Positions 1 through 10,765 of a stretch of DNA of 64,000 nt are shown piece after piece (within the stretch, counting starts at the first letter, position 1; each line of letters begins with the position of its first letter). The notes beneath the pieces were generated by a model. The model was not told the origin of the DNA. It did no database searches and saw only the letters and a program-made list of their open reading frames with translations. The stretch covers positions 5,792,001 through 5,856,000 of the forward strand of contig OZ240241.1 in NCBI GenBank assembly GCA_965198115.1, given 5' to 3'. The position numbers and the translations under genes are program-made. The DNA is from Candidatus Latescibacterota bacterium (GTDB taxonomy: Bacteria; Latescibacterota; UBA2968).

Positions 1-521
1 AAGTGTCGGTATCGATCACGACACGGCCAGCTTCGCCGTGAATGCGATCCGAAGTTGGTGGAAGAACATGGGACGGCCCGCCTACGGCACTTCGACGCGT
101 CTGCTAATCACGGCGGACGCAGCGGCAGCAACGGCGCCAAGACGCGGCTGTGGAAGTGGGAGCTGCAGCGCTTTGCGAATCGCACTGGCCTGACGATCAC
201 CGTATGCCACTACCCTCCTGGCACTAGTAAGTGGAACAAGATCGAACATCGCCTGTTCTCCTTCATCGCTATGAACTGGCAAGGCAAGCCCCTGGTCAGC
301 CTGGCTGCAACCGTGAATCTCATTGCCGGAACGACCACTCAAGCCGGTCTCCGAGTACGCTCCGAGATCGACAAGCGACCCTACCCTAACGGGGTCAAGG
401 TGACCGATGAACAGATGACCCAAATCGATCTCACTCCGCACGATTTCCACGGCGACTGGAACTACACGATCCGGCCAATGGCTCAACATTGAGATCGACC
501 GTTTATTTATTCGCGAACCCT
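1..521 (+). mobile_element. ISAzo13-family IS, 3' part; transposase frameshifted near 120
   Basis: Frame 2 reads DHDTASFAVNAIRSWW...LLITAD, then frame 1 reads GSNG.KTRLWKWELQ, HYPPGTSKWNKIEHRLFS, FHGDWNYTI (stop 492). Probable right end TTATTTATTCGCGAACCC followed by TAA. Confidence 0.88.
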
Positions 522-598
522 AAGGCTCGAAGACGGGAAGACTGCAGAGAGCAGGGGTCGGGAGATGCTCAGAGAACGCGAAGGTTGCCGGTTGAACC

Positions 599-675
599 AG
601 CCCGCTTCAGCGGGCGGAGTTTATCCTGAGCGCAGTCAAAGGGCTGCCCTAGCATGGGGATTCATCCCCACGTGC
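599..675. repeat. Family A double-hairpin REP-like repeat carrying a family B insert (615-643)
   Basis: AGCCCGCTTCAGCGGGC...GTGGGG..CCCCACGTGC type as at 1627, 2749 and 7717, but the TTCG after the first hairpin is replaced by GGAGTTTATCCTGAGCGCAGTCAAAGGG. Confidence 0.85.
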
Positions 676-710
676 GTTCGGCGCGGATTCTTTTTCGGGG
701 CATTGGGCGG

Positions 711-756
711 TTCTCGACGGAGTTTATCCTGAGCCTGCCGAAGGGCTCGAACTGAC
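711..756. repeat. Family H repeat (TTCTCGAC-TCCG-CTCGAACTGAC) carrying a family B insert (718-745)
   Basis: Direct comparison with the empty copy at ~31456-31478. Confidence 0.85.
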
Positions 757-787
757 GCCGCCAACGTTGAAAGACAGGTGAACTGCA

Positions 788-1501
788 ATGACAGTCTACG
801 ACTACGGAAGATCCTTCGTCACGTTCGTGACGCCGAATCGTGGAAACAATGCGCGGCTGCAGGTGGAGTCGGTGTGCTCGTTGACGGATCGACGGTCGGG
901 GAAGACGACGGATTATTTCTTCTATGCATCGTGCAAGTCGGAGCATACGTTCGCGGAGAGGGATCTGTTCATCGAGGAGAATTACGATTTCTGTGGCATC
1001 TTCTCCGATGAGGAGTATGTGATCTTTCGAACACATTCGACTCACACGGATCGATTTCGTGATGAGGGGGTCTGGCGGGAGCGGTTCCAGGACATTCGTT
1101 TTGATATGGTGAGCGTCGAAGCGGAAGAACTTGATGGGACGCCGGCGATGGTTCAGGCGTCGTTGGACAATGTTCCGTTGGTCGGGCGAGTGGAGATTGG
1201 AGAGGGAAATCTAAGTGCGGCGATCGAGTTTCCGATCAAGACGATGAACGCGAACGACATCAGGCCCATTTACCAGGTGGATACGGGGCCGCTTCCGTTT
1301 CCTGATTTTTCGGCGAATGTGGATCTTCATATCAAGCGCCTCTCGCCAGCCTACGTGGCATACAATGCGCCAGATTTCGCGGATTTCGTGGTACAGCAGC
1401 CGGTGTCGGTGGGTGGGGTGATGGTGACGCACTATTCGAATCCCGTAAGCCTACCGGCGAAGACGTCGGTGTTGGCGGTGAAAGTCAAAGACTGCCACTG
1501 A
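788..1501 (+). CDS. Hypothetical protein, 237 aa
   Basis: Long ORF with protein-like composition, ATG preceded by AGGTGA; no motif recognised. Confidence 0.75.
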   Translation: MTVYDYGRSFVTFVTPNRGNNARLQVESVCSLTDRRSGKTTDYFFYASCKSEHTFAERDLFIEENYDFCGIFSDEEYVIFRTHSTHTDRFRDEGVWRERFQDIRFDMVSVEAEELDGTPAMVQASLDNVPLVGRVEIGEGNLSAAIEFPIKTMNANDIRPIYQVDTGPLPFPDFSANVDLHIKRLSPAYVAYNAPDFADFVVQQPVSVGGVMVTHYSNPVSLPAKTSVLAVKVKDCH

Positions 1502-1626
1502 GAACACGGAGAACATCCCTCGCCTTCGCTCGGGACAGGCTCCGGTTGGTGTTGGTCCGGACGGGACCGAGGCGCTATCCGTGGATCAGAAGCTGGATCG
1601 AGGAGTGAGTGTTAGACCCATTATTT

Positions 1627-1679
1627 AGCCCGCTTTAGCGGGCTTTGCTGCCGTTGCGTGGGACTTCAGTCCCACGTGC
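1627..1679. repeat. Family A double-hairpin REP-like repeat
   Basis: AGCCCGCTTTAGCGGGCT...GCGTGGGACTTCAGTCCCACGTGC, with a compensatory change in the second stem. Confidence 0.85.
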
Positions 1680-1698
1680 TCTGAATGGGAGAGGATCC

Positions 1699-2655
1699 AT
1701 GAAAGTCGTTATCGCTTACAATCTCGGTGAAGACTACGTCGCAGACCTTCGGGCAACGTACCCGGATGTCGATATCGTGACAGCCTACACGCCGGAAGAC
1801 CAGCTGAAGGAAACACCTGATGCAGACGTGCAGTTCGGCACGATTTCGAGAGAGGCGTTTCTGGATGCTCGGAACCTGAAGTGGTTTCAATTCATCGGGA
1901 TCGGGTTCGATGGCATTGTAACCTCGATTCCAGAGATCATCGAAAGCAACGTCACGATGACGGTGATGAAGGCTACGCACGTCCCCTCCATTTCGGATCA
2001 CGCGATGGCGATGGTTCTGGCGTTTGCGCATCGGGTGCCGGAGTTGCTCGAGGATCAACGCGCTCATCGATGGGATACAAGCAGATATCATCACCGGATC
2101 ATCGAACTGGCCGGGACGACGATGGGTATTCTGGCGATGGGGGATCTTGGGCAGGGCGTTGCCGAGCGTGCTCGCGGGTTCAGAATGACGGTTTACGGCG
2201 TCGATCTGGAGCCTAAGGAGCTGCCGCCAGGTGTCGAGGCCGTCTGGGGACTGGACCGCCTGGACGAGATGTTGGAGCTCTCCGATTGGGTCGTTGTGAC
2301 CGCGCCACGGACCGCGGCAAGTCGTGGTTTGATCGGCCCCGCCCAATTCGAACGGATGAAACAAGATGCCCATATCATCGTGGTTTCGCGGGGAAGTATT
2401 GTCGATGAAGATGCGCTGGTCGACGCCCTTCGATCGGGCAAGGTCGGTGGGGCGGCGCTGGATGCGACGGATGTCGAGCCTCTTTCGTCAGATAGTCCGT
2501 TGTGGGACTTTCCGAACGTCATCATTTCGCCGCACGCTTCAGGGGATTCCGTGCCGCTGTGGGATCGACGGAAGGGGATCTTCAAGGAGAATTTGAGACG
2601 GTATCTGGCTGGGGAAGAGCTGATGTATGTGGCCGATAAAGGGCGGGGATACTAA
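1699..2655 (+). CDS. D-isomer-specific 2-hydroxyacid dehydrogenase (NAD-binding)
   Basis: GILAMGDLG Rossmann motif, VSRG, LDATDVEPL, IISPHASG; GAGAGG RBS before ATG 1699. Confidence 0.92.
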   Translation: MKVVIAYNLGEDYVADLRATYPDVDIVTAYTPEDQLKETPDADVQFGTISREAFLDARNLKWFQFIGIGFDGIVTSIPEIIESNVTMTVMKATHVPSISDHAMAMVLAFAHRVPELLEDQRAHRWDTSRYHHRIIELAGTTMGILAMGDLGQGVAERARGFRMTVYGVDLEPKELPPGVEAVWGLDRLDEMLELSDWVVVTAPRTAASRGLIGPAQFERMKQDAHIIVVSRGSIVDEDALVDALRSGKVGGAALDATDVEPLSSDSPLWDFPNVIISPHASGDSVPLWDRRKGIFKENLRRYLAGEELMYVADKGRGY

Positions 2656-2748
2656 AAACAAGGGAACCACAGAACACACGGAAGAGGAGGTAGACTAGGC
2701 TTCGAAGCGCTATTCGCGGATGGGATCGAGGCACGGACGCCGGACCAT

Positions 2749-2801
2749 AGCCCGCTTCAGCGGGCTTCGCTGCGTTAGCGTGGGGCTTTAGCCCCACGTG
2801 C
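2749..2801. repeat. Family A double-hairpin REP-like repeat between convergent genes
   Basis: AGCCCGCTTCAGCGGGCTTCGCTGCGTTAGCGTGGGGCTTTAGCCCCACGTGC. Confidence 0.88.
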
Positions 2802-2813
2802 TTTTCGTGGTAG

Positions 2814-3788
2814 TCAGTAGCACCCCGCCACGCGCGCCCTTTGCTGAACCAGGGCAAGGACGATGTCGATGGTGGGGGTTTCTATTTCGACGAGCCGTCC
2901 CACTTCCTGGATGACGGTCAGGAGGGCGTCGATTTCCATTGGGCGGCCACGTTCGAGGTCTTGGAGCATCGAGGTCTTGTGGGCGCCCACAGCGGCCGCG
3001 CCCGCGATGCGCTGTTCGACGTCGACACCGAAGCGCACGCCCAGTTTCTCACCGATCCCCTGAGCCTCGAGCATCATCCCGCGTGCGACCGATTGCGTGC
3101 CCTCTTCGGTGGCGATGACATCGAGCGTCGCGAGGGTGAGGGCGCTGATGGGGTTGAAGGTGAGGTTGCCCCAGAGTTTGACCCAGATGTCGTTGCGGAT
3201 CCTGGGACGGATGGGCGCCTTGAATCCGGCCTTGCGGAGGATTTCGCTCAGCTTTGCGACCCGATCGGTCTTCTCACCGCTGGGTTCGCCCAGGCTGAAG
3301 CGATCGCCTTCGATGTGCTGGATGACGCCGGGTTCGATGACTTCGGTGGCGGGATAGACGACGCATCCGATGGCGCGCTCGGGGCCGATTTTCTGCCACT
3401 GCTGGCCGCCGGGATCGACGCTTTCGAGCTGGTGGTCCTTCCACGGGCCTTCGAGTCCGTAAAAGTACCACCAGGGGATGCCGTTGGTGGCGGTGATGAC
3501 GGCCGTGTCCGGACCGAGCAGAGGCTGGATCGTGTCGACGATGCCGGGAACCGAGTGAGCCTTCAGGGTGATGATGACGACATCTTGGGGACCGACTTCG
3601 GCCGGGTCGTTGGTCGCCCGGGGATGGGCGACGCGCTCATCACCGTCGATGAGGAGTTTGACGCCGTTTTTCTGCATCGCTTCGAGGTGCGGCCCCCGCG
3701 CGATCAGGGAGACGTCGACGCCCGCGAGCGCGAGGTCGACGCCCAGGTAACCCCCGATGGCACCCGCCCCGAAGATGCAGATCCGCAT
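2814..3788 (-). CDS. panE: Ketopantoate-reductase family protein (PanE/ApbA; probable oxalyl-CoA reductase type)
   Basis: IFGAGAIGG, TLKAH, NGIPWW, WVKLWGN, HKTSMLQDLERGRPMEID; start overlaps the upstream ligase stop. Confidence 0.88.
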   Translation of the reverse strand: MRICIFGAGAIGGYLGVDLALAGVDVSLIARGPHLEAMQKNGVKLLIDGDERVAHPRATNDPAEVGPQDVVIITLKAHSVPGIVDTIQPLLGPDTAVITATNGIPWWYFYGLEGPWKDHQLESVDPGGQQWQKIGPERAIGCVVYPATEVIEPGVIQHIEGDRFSLGEPSGEKTDRVAKLSEILRKAGFKAPIRPRIRNDIWVKLWGNLTFNPISALTLATLDVIATEEGTQSVARGMMLEAQGIGEKLGVRFGVDVEQRIAGAAAVGAHKTSMLQDLERGRPMEIDALLTVIQEVGRLVEIETPTIDIVLALVQQRARVAGCY

Positions 3789-5296
3789 TAACCGATTCCC
3801 AGTTTTTCGGCCAGCCCGATGCGCTGCATCTTGCCTGTCGGGCCCTTGGGGATCTCTTCCAGGAACAGCACTTTCCGTGGCACTTTGAAGTCGGCCAGCT
3901 TCTCCGAGGCGAAGTCCCTGACCTCACGTTCGGTCGCTTCCTCACCCTCCCGCAGTACGATGGCCGCGGCTACATCCTCTCCCAAGGATTTATGCGGCAT
4001 TGCGAAGGTGACGACCTGCTGGACGGCGGGATGGTCCATCAGGACATCGTCGACTTCGCGGGGTGAGATTTTTTCACCGCCACGGTTGATGATCTCCTTG
4101 AGTCGTCCGGTGATGGTCACATAGCCGTCTTCGTCCATCACGCCCTGATCGCCCGTTCTGAACCAACCATTGGTGTAGTTTTCCGCGTTCGCGGTCGGAT
4201 TGTTCTCGTAGCCGAGGGTGACGTTCGGACCACGGATGACGACCTCGCCAATCGTCCCCTGACTCACCAGCTCACCGGCTTCGTCCATAATGGAAACTTC
4301 AGGTCCTGCGGCGGGGCCCACGGTTCCAGGCTTTCGCACCCCAGGGGGCAGCTGGTTGCAGGTCATTTGGTGAGCGGACTCAGTCATCGCGTAGGCTTCC
4401 ACAACGGGCGCATCGAAGGTCTTTTCGAGTTCGGCCATTACCTGAGGCGGTAGTGATGCGGATGACGACCGGACGAAGCGGAGTCTGGCGTTGTCGACGA
4501 TTTCCTGATTGCGGCCGGCACGGGTGAGGATGGCCTGGTGCATCGTGGGGACGGCTGTGTACCAGGTTGGGTTGGCGTCTTGCAGTGAAGCGAAGAACCG
4601 GAGGGCGTTGAACCCATCGGTGCAATACACGCTGGCTCCTGCGCTGAGCGTGGAGAGGATGGCCGCCATCAGCCCGTGGATGTGAAACAGGGGCATCACG
4701 TTCATACAGCGGTCGTCGGGCGTCAGATTCAGCGTATGCCGGATGTTTCCGGCTGACGCACATACGTTCTTGTGTGTGAGTGGGACGATCTTGGGTCGAG
4801 AGGTCGTGCCGGATGTGTGGAGCACCAGAGCGACGTCGTCCGTTTCCGCCAACCCACCCGCGAATGGGCTCATCTCGGCGGCGAGGTCGAACAATCCTGC
4901 CGGTTTCCCTCCGTCGGTGGTGAGCTCGATGATTGGAATTCCAATGGACGTAGCGGCTTCAACGGCGGGAGAATCACTGCCGGATTCGACGAGGAGGGCC
5001 CTGGCGTTCAGATCCTCCATATAGAATGAATATTCTTCGACCCTGTAGGCTGGATTAAGGGGCGCGGTCGTCGCGGCCATCGCGACCGAGATGTAGGAGG
5101 TGGCCATCTCGGGGCCGTTTGGCAGGACGATGGCGACCCGGTCATTTCGTCCGATGCCAAAGCCGTTCAGTGTCGCGACCGTCTTGTCGACCTGATCACG
5201 AAGGCCCTTGTAAGTCAGGTCAGGTCGATCGGCGGCAGAGATTGCGACTGCGTCGTCATCGCCGGCCAGGATTTCGAGGATTGTGGCGTCAGCCAT
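3788..5296 (-). CDS. Acyl-CoA synthetase, oxalate-CoA ligase-like
   Basis: LHTSGTTSRPKIVPLTH, MPLFHIHGL, WYTAVPTMHQ, RSSSASL, EAYAMTE, GWFRTGDQG, INRGGEKISPREVD, PKGPTGK. Confidence 0.88.
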   Translation of the reverse strand: MADATILEILAGDDDAVAISAADRPDLTYKGLRDQVDKTVATLNGFGIGRNDRVAIVLPNGPEMATSYISVAMAATTAPLNPAYRVEEYSFYMEDLNARALLVESGSDSPAVEAATSIGIPIIELTTDGGKPAGLFDLAAEMSPFAGGLAETDDVALVLHTSGTTSRPKIVPLTHKNVCASAGNIRHTLNLTPDDRCMNVMPLFHIHGLMAAILSTLSAGASVYCTDGFNALRFFASLQDANPTWYTAVPTMHQAILTRAGRNQEIVDNARLRFVRSSSASLPPQVMAELEKTFDAPVVEAYAMTESAHQMTCNQLPPGVRKPGTVGPAAGPEVSIMDEAGELVSQGTIGEVVIRGPNVTLGYENNPTANAENYTNGWFRTGDQGVMDEDGYVTITGRLKEIINRGGEKISPREVDDVLMDHPAVQQVVTFAMPHKSLGEDVAAAIVLREGEEATEREVRDFASEKLADFKVPRKVLFLEEIPKGPTGKMQRIGLAEKLGIG

Positions 5297-5731
5297 TCAT
5301 GCACTCCGGTTGATGGTGTTCAATAGCAGACTGCTGTCAGCCTTGCGAGCATTCAATATTGTGTTTGGGGGCGGTCTGTGCAAGATCTGAGGGGACAGAA
5401 TAACCGTCTTCTGGGTTCATTGCTGGTCAGTAGTGATCCCACTTTCTTGACCGACCAAGAAAGTGGGCAAAGAAGTCGCCGCTCAGGCGCCGCGGGGGCT
5501 TGTGCCCCGGCTCCCTCGACTCCGCTCGGGACAAGCTCCAGTACGATCGAGGCGCGCGACTGCAACCTGTGATACCCTCGAAGAGCCTCCCCACCCAGCC
5601 CTATCCCCCCTGGAGTTGAAACAGCTCAGTTGCTCGCTGCCGCCTCTACCGGGGCGTCATCGTGTGGACAACAGCGTGAACCCAATAGACCACGAATCTG
5701 TCGAATGCTCCTTGGGTCCATCAGCCAAGGC

Positions 5732-7406
5732 CTACCCACGCCGGTCGGCGGTGGGGCGGAAGCGGACGCCGGCTCTGGCGGGGCCCCCGCTTAGTGCGGC
5801 TGGAGATCCGTCGGCTCGCCAGCAGCAGGCGCCGGTGATGGTGCCGTCGTTGGCGTATTGGATGCCATTCATGCCGCCGGCTACCGCTCGGACCGATCGA
5901 GTGGAGTGGCCACGTTCTGACAGCACGTCGCAGACGGTTTGGGGAATCTCGGATTCGAGTTCGAGGTCCTGACCTTGGGTCCAGACGCGAGGCGCCTCGA
6001 CGGCTTCCTGGAGCGTCATCCCGTGGTCGATGACGTTGATGATGCCCTGCGTGACCGTGGGGAAGATGCGGACACCGCCCGGTGTGCCGAGAGCCATAAA
6101 GGGCCGGCCGTCTTTGGTGATGATAGTGGGGGCGTTGCTGCTGACCATTCTACGATTGGGCGCGACCGAGTTGGGATGGCCGGGATGGGGATCGAACAGC
6201 GACATATTGTTGTTCAGCAGGAGACCGGTTCCCGGAACCATCACGTTGGCGCCGAAGCCCTCGTTGATGGTCTGCGTGAGGGTGGCCACATTGCCATCCG
6301 CGTCGGCGGCGGTGACGTGCGTGGTTGACCGTACGTTTGGTCGGTCGCGCGGGTCTGGTCGATATCAGCGCGTCGCGACTCCCCGTAAGACTTGGAGATG
6401 AGCCAGTCGACAGGAATGTCCATCTGCGAGGGATCACCGACGTGCTTGCTCCGATCGGCGAAGGCGATCTTGAAGGATTCGGCGAGGAGGTGGATGCCGT
6501 CGGGTGTGCCGAAACCGAGACCGGCGACGTCGAAGCCTTCGAGCAGATTGAGGATCTGGAGGATGTGAAGGCCACCGGAGCACGGTGGTGATGGCACGGT
6601 CAGATTGTATCCGCGATAGGATCCAGCGAGTGGCGGTCTTCTTTCCGTGCGGTAGGCACGGAGATCGTCCATCGTGAGCAGCCCGCCGTTGGCCTGAGTC
6701 TCATCGATGATCGTCTGGCCAAGTGGGCCGTCGTAGAGCACATCCGGTCCGTCTGTGGCCAGTGATCGCAAAGTCTGCGTGAGGTCGGGCTGGACGATGC
6801 GATCTACGGGTGTGGGTGGACCACCATCACGGAGGAAGACTTCGGCAGCTGCGGGCGATCTGGACAGGTCCTCTGCTCGCTCGCGGATGCTGTCGATGAG
6901 ATAGGAGCTGGGGTGATACCCTCGCTCGGAATAGCGAATGGCCGGCTGGAGGACGGTTTCGAGGTCCAGCCGGCCGTAGTCGTTGACGACCTCGACCCAA
7001 CCCTTGAGCGCACCGGGCACGCCGACGGCGAGGTAGCCGATCTTGTTCTTCCGGCCTTCGGCAAGCATCTAATCCGGCCACGTATCGGAGACGGGTGTGT
7101 AGATGTCGGGTGTGGCAGCCGCGGGGGAGGTGGCGTAGTTGTCGATAATGACGGGAGACCCATCGGCGAGACGCAGGTTGATCCAACCAGCCCCGAAGAG
7201 TCCGACCATCTGGGCTCGACAACGTTGAGCGTGAAGAGTGCGGCGACCGCGGCGTCGAAGGCGTTGCCACCGATGGCGAACATTTCGAGGCCCGCCGATG
7301 AGCCGAGCGGGTGGTTGGCTGCGACGACGCCAAGCGAACCTGAGACTTGGGATTTCGCGCAGGTGAATGGGGATTGGGTGTGGTTGCGCCAGGAGGGAGC
7401 AGTCAA
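5732..7406 (-). pseudogene. ggt: Gamma-glutamyltransferase, disrupted by frameshifts ~7210 and ~6340 and in-frame TAG 7069-7071
   Basis: Fragments: GGNAFDAAVA...VVEP / MVGLFGAG...TWPD* / VGVPG...PPCSGG...FADR / TTHVTAADADGN...GLLLNNNM...LGTPGG...AVEAPR. Confidence 0.88.
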
Positions 7407-7462
7407 GAGGACTCCGCAAATTTGTTAGAATGCGATCGGTTCACAGTCGGCGCCGGTGGACC

Positions 7463-7657
7463 AGTCATCCCGAGGCACGATGCGAATACAATTGGGTGAC
7501 GGGGCGAGACGGATCGATGTGCCGAGGGATCCCTTGTCGCGTGCAACGGGGCCGCTCATTCTCCCGGACTCCTCTGCAGCTGAGCAGGGATCCCTCATCG
7601 TGTCATTGTTCTACATAGCGGATGAGCGAATGGATTGGCCTTACGATTCGGGATGAC
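7463..7657. repeat. GTCATCCCGA...TCGGGATGAC bracketed inverted-repeat element (CGTC-type REP-like pair)
   Basis: Terminal 10-bp inverted repeats and internal GGGATCCCT palindromes; related ends at ~30228-30297. Confidence 0.6.
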
Positions 7658-7716
7658 AGCAGAGCGCCGGGAGTAGGTTCAACAACCATCTGTGACGGCC
7701 ACACTGATCGAACCCC

Positions 7717-7769
7717 AGCCCGCTTCAGCGGGCTTCGCTGCATTAGCGTGGGGCTTTAGCCCCACGTGC
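7717..7769. repeat. Family A double-hairpin REP-like repeat
   Basis: Differs from 2749-2801 at about one base. Confidence 0.88.
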
Positions 7770-7783
7770 TTGTTGCGGCCCCT

Positions 7784-9154
7784 TTAATAGACGCGGACGA
7801 CAGTTCCTCGCTCTTCATCGAGACGGGCTTTGACGGCCTCTTCTGTCACATGATTGTCAGGCCAAGCTTCAGGGGGCTGATGCGAAAGTCGGAGAAGCAG
7901 TCGCGCGAGCTGCCCTGCGTACTCTTTGAGCTCGCGGACGTTGAGTTTGTCGACGGTGTCGGCGGCTTCGTGGTGGAAGTCCGAGTCGTCGTGGCGGCCG
8001 CGGAATCGCCAGCGCCAACAGTGAGCAGCGTCTATCGCTTTTCGCAGGAAGGGAAAGTGATCGGACGAGGCGTCGAGCTGTGCCATCACGTGGCAGGTGA
8101 GTCCGTCGCCCATTTCGTCGAACTGCTGCTGGATAAACTCGCGGAGATGGGGGAAAGCGAGCACGATGCCCTTGATGTGTCCAGTCGACAGTTCGTCGAG
8201 GTTGATGGCGAGGCGCGGTGGGGTTCCCGTGTTGTAGTGTCGATTGACGTAGGCGATGGCGCCCTGGAAGCCCTGCTCTTCGCCAGCGTAGGTGACGAAT
8301 CGGATGGAACGCCCGGGGGAGATTCCGAGGTCACGTTTCAGGCCAGCGAGAACGCGGGCGGTCTCGAGTACGGCGATCGTGCCGGAGGCGTTGTCGTTGC
8401 CGCCGGGGGCGCAGAGGACGGTGTCGTGGTGACCGCCGAGGTGGAGATGCTCGTCGGGCCAGCGATCGCCGTCCAGTTGGCCGGCCACGTTGGCGCTCGG
8501 GGCATTGTAAAAGCGGCTTTCAACGGTGAACCTCACGCTGCCGCCGGTTCTGGAGAGTCGTCGCAGGCGCGCACCATCTTCTCGTGACGTAGTCGCCAAT
8601 GGGAGGAGCGGCTCGGCCCGCTCCGGCTCGCGCCACTCGCCGGCGTTGTGATACTCGGCACGCCCGCCCATCTTGGTGTCGACGCAGATCGTGGCGAGTA
8701 CACCCGCTTCCTTGAGTTTGATGAGTCGGTCATTGTGCGGCACGGGAGGCGTAAACGGTTCGTATCCCATATTCATCACGGCAATACCGCCGCTCAGCTT
8801 CGATCGGGCTGCATCGAGTTCGTGATCGGTGCCGAAGCCGACATCGACGATGGGCGCTTCAGCATCGCAGGGCGGACAGCGGTTGAAAGGCACGAAGTGA
8901 ATCGGGCAGCCTTCCTCGACGGACGCCTCGGCCTTGCCGTGAGCCCAGGTACGCACCTCGAAGGGCTCGGCTTCCGCTTGATCGAGGCCGTCTGCTTTCA
9001 TCTGTTCCTCAAGGTACTGGATGGCCTTTGCTTCGGATTCAGACGAGGACCAGCGCGGCCCGATTTCTTCACATAGGACGTGTGCGTGCTCGGCGATTCG
9101 GGAGCTTACCCAGGCTTCGCCGATGAGATAGCGGTCTATTGTTTTCCAGTCCAT
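7784..9154 (-). CDS. M28 family metallopeptidase with PA-like insert
   Basis: GGHHDT, DNASG, GEEQG, NLDE, SDHFPF and HHEAADT zinc-ligand motifs. Confidence 0.88.
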   Translation of the reverse strand: MDWKTIDRYLIGEAWVSSRIAEHAHVLCEEIGPRWSSSESEAKAIQYLEEQMKADGLDQAEAEPFEVRTWAHGKAEASVEEGCPIHFVPFNRCPPCDAEAPIVDVGFGTDHELDAARSKLSGGIAVMNMGYEPFTPPVPHNDRLIKLKEAGVLATICVDTKMGGRAEYHNAGEWREPERAEPLLPLATTSREDGARLRRLSRTGGSVRFTVESRFYNAPSANVAGQLDGDRWPDEHLHLGGHHDTVLCAPGGNDNASGTIAVLETARVLAGLKRDLGISPGRSIRFVTYAGEEQGFQGAIAYVNRHYNTGTPPRLAINLDELSTGHIKGIVLAFPHLREFIQQQFDEMGDGLTCHVMAQLDASSDHFPFLRKAIDAAHCWRWRFRGRHDDSDFHHEAADTVDKLNVRELKEYAGQLARLLLRLSHQPPEAWPDNHVTEEAVKARLDEERGTVVRVY

Positions 9155-9330
9155 TGAGATTCTCCCGAAAAGCCAACAAACCACGGAACACAGAGAACAC
9201 GGAGGGAGGTTGAGAGGTCCTCGAGGATCCAGGCCCTAATCGGGGAAAGGATCTGATGTGACCCCAAGTATTCCAGCGAGGAGCCTCTTCCGCTCCCGCT
9301 CACCCAGTCTCCCGTTCTCCCGCTCCACTC

Positions 9331-10738
9331 TTAATCGATAGGTGGCCGGAGAGTATGCCACTCGGTTGCCTGTTCGAAGGCGTGGCCTGCGCGGCAGAGC
9401 AGTTGTTCGGAGAGGTGCTTACCGACGAGTTGGAAGCTGAGGGGCAGGTTCTCGCTGTTCAGACCGCACGGTAGGGTTATCGTTGGTGCACCGCTGAAGT
9501 TATAGGGCGCCGTGAACCGCTGAAACCGGGGTTGACGCTCATCAGGCATGGGACCGTAGAGCTCCTCTTCCGTCACCGGAAACGGTGGAGTGGCTACGGT
9601 CGGGCAGGCCAGCAGATCGATGTTTTCGAATGCGCGTTGGAGATGACCGACACAGGCGGCTCTATGGTTGCTTGCCCGGGCATAGTCCGCACCGGACACA
9701 GCCTCGCCCTGTTCGAGCCATCCCAGGAACCAGGGGCCGTAGTCGTCTTTGCAAGAAGGATAGGTCGAGGTATGAGCAACAACGGCCTCGGTGGAACAGA
9801 GGGTCGGCCACACTCTGATGTAAGGATCAAGATCAGGTAGATCGATTTCGACGATTTCGGCATCGAGGTCATCGAGGATACCTACAGCAGCTCGGACCGC
9901 ATCAACGATTTCGCCGTCTATGCCCTCAGTTGCGTAGCGCTCGGCCCAGCCGATGCGGAGACGCTTGACGCCCTGATCGATGCCTTCGAGCATATCGGGC
10001 ACGGGTGACGGTAAGGAGGTGGGGTCGTTGGGATCTGGACCCGCGATGGTCTGAAGGATGATCGCCGCATCGGCGGTGCTACGCGTCATCGGACCGACGT
10101 GATCCAACGAGTCGGCCAGTGCCAAGACGCCAAAGCGGCTAACTCGTCCCCACGTGGGTTTGATGCCGACGATGCCGCAGGCGGCGGAAGGGGTAGCGAA
10201 TGGATCCGCCGGTATCGCTTCCGAGCGAGCCGTAGCAAAGACCAGCTGCGGTCGCTGCACTGGATCCACTCGAAGAGGCGCCGGCCCACCGAGAAGGATT
10301 CCAGGGATTCTTCGGGATGTCCAGGGCGGGGTTGTAGCCACCCATTGCACCCTCGGTCAGGTTCAGCTTTCCGAGCAGTACGGCTCCGGCTTTCTCGAAT
10401 CGTTCGACGACCGTGCTGTCGAAGTCAGGCACGTGGTCGACCAGTGCCTTCGTACCACCCATTGTGCGAACACCCTTTGTGAAGCAGAGATCCTTGACAG
10501 CGATGGGGACGCCGTGAAGTGGGCCTCGATAGTTGCCCGCGGAAATCTCATCTTCGGCACGCCTGGCCGCCTCTATCGCGTGATCGGCCATCAGCGTGGC
10601 GTAGCTCTTGAGTTGACCGTCGAGCTGTTCGATGCGCTCGAATATCGCAGTCGTGAGATCGACGGGTGAAAGCTCTTTGGTGGCGATCCGATCAGCGACT
10701 TGGGTGATCGTCTGGTAGTGAAGGGGAGTTTGGTTCAT
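9331..10738 (-). pseudogene. Amidase-signature family protein with one frameshift at ~10192
   Basis: GPLHGVPIAVKDL...GASSSGS...GSDTGGSIRYP, then a frame change in a 4-base run to PSAACGIVGIKPTWGRVSR. Confidence 0.85.
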
Positions 10739-10765
10739 GTCACGTCTCAGAACCGGTTGGGCGTC

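Noticed and set aside
2841-3791. Long antisense ORFs (e.g. 2841-3791, 35279-36616, 45994-47040, 53786-54880, 60331-61296)
   Set aside because: They are shadows of GC-rich coding strands and carry no independent motifs.
599-7769. Repeats as a CRISPR array
   Set aside because: Copies are dispersed between genes, with no regular repeat-spacer period and no cas genes.
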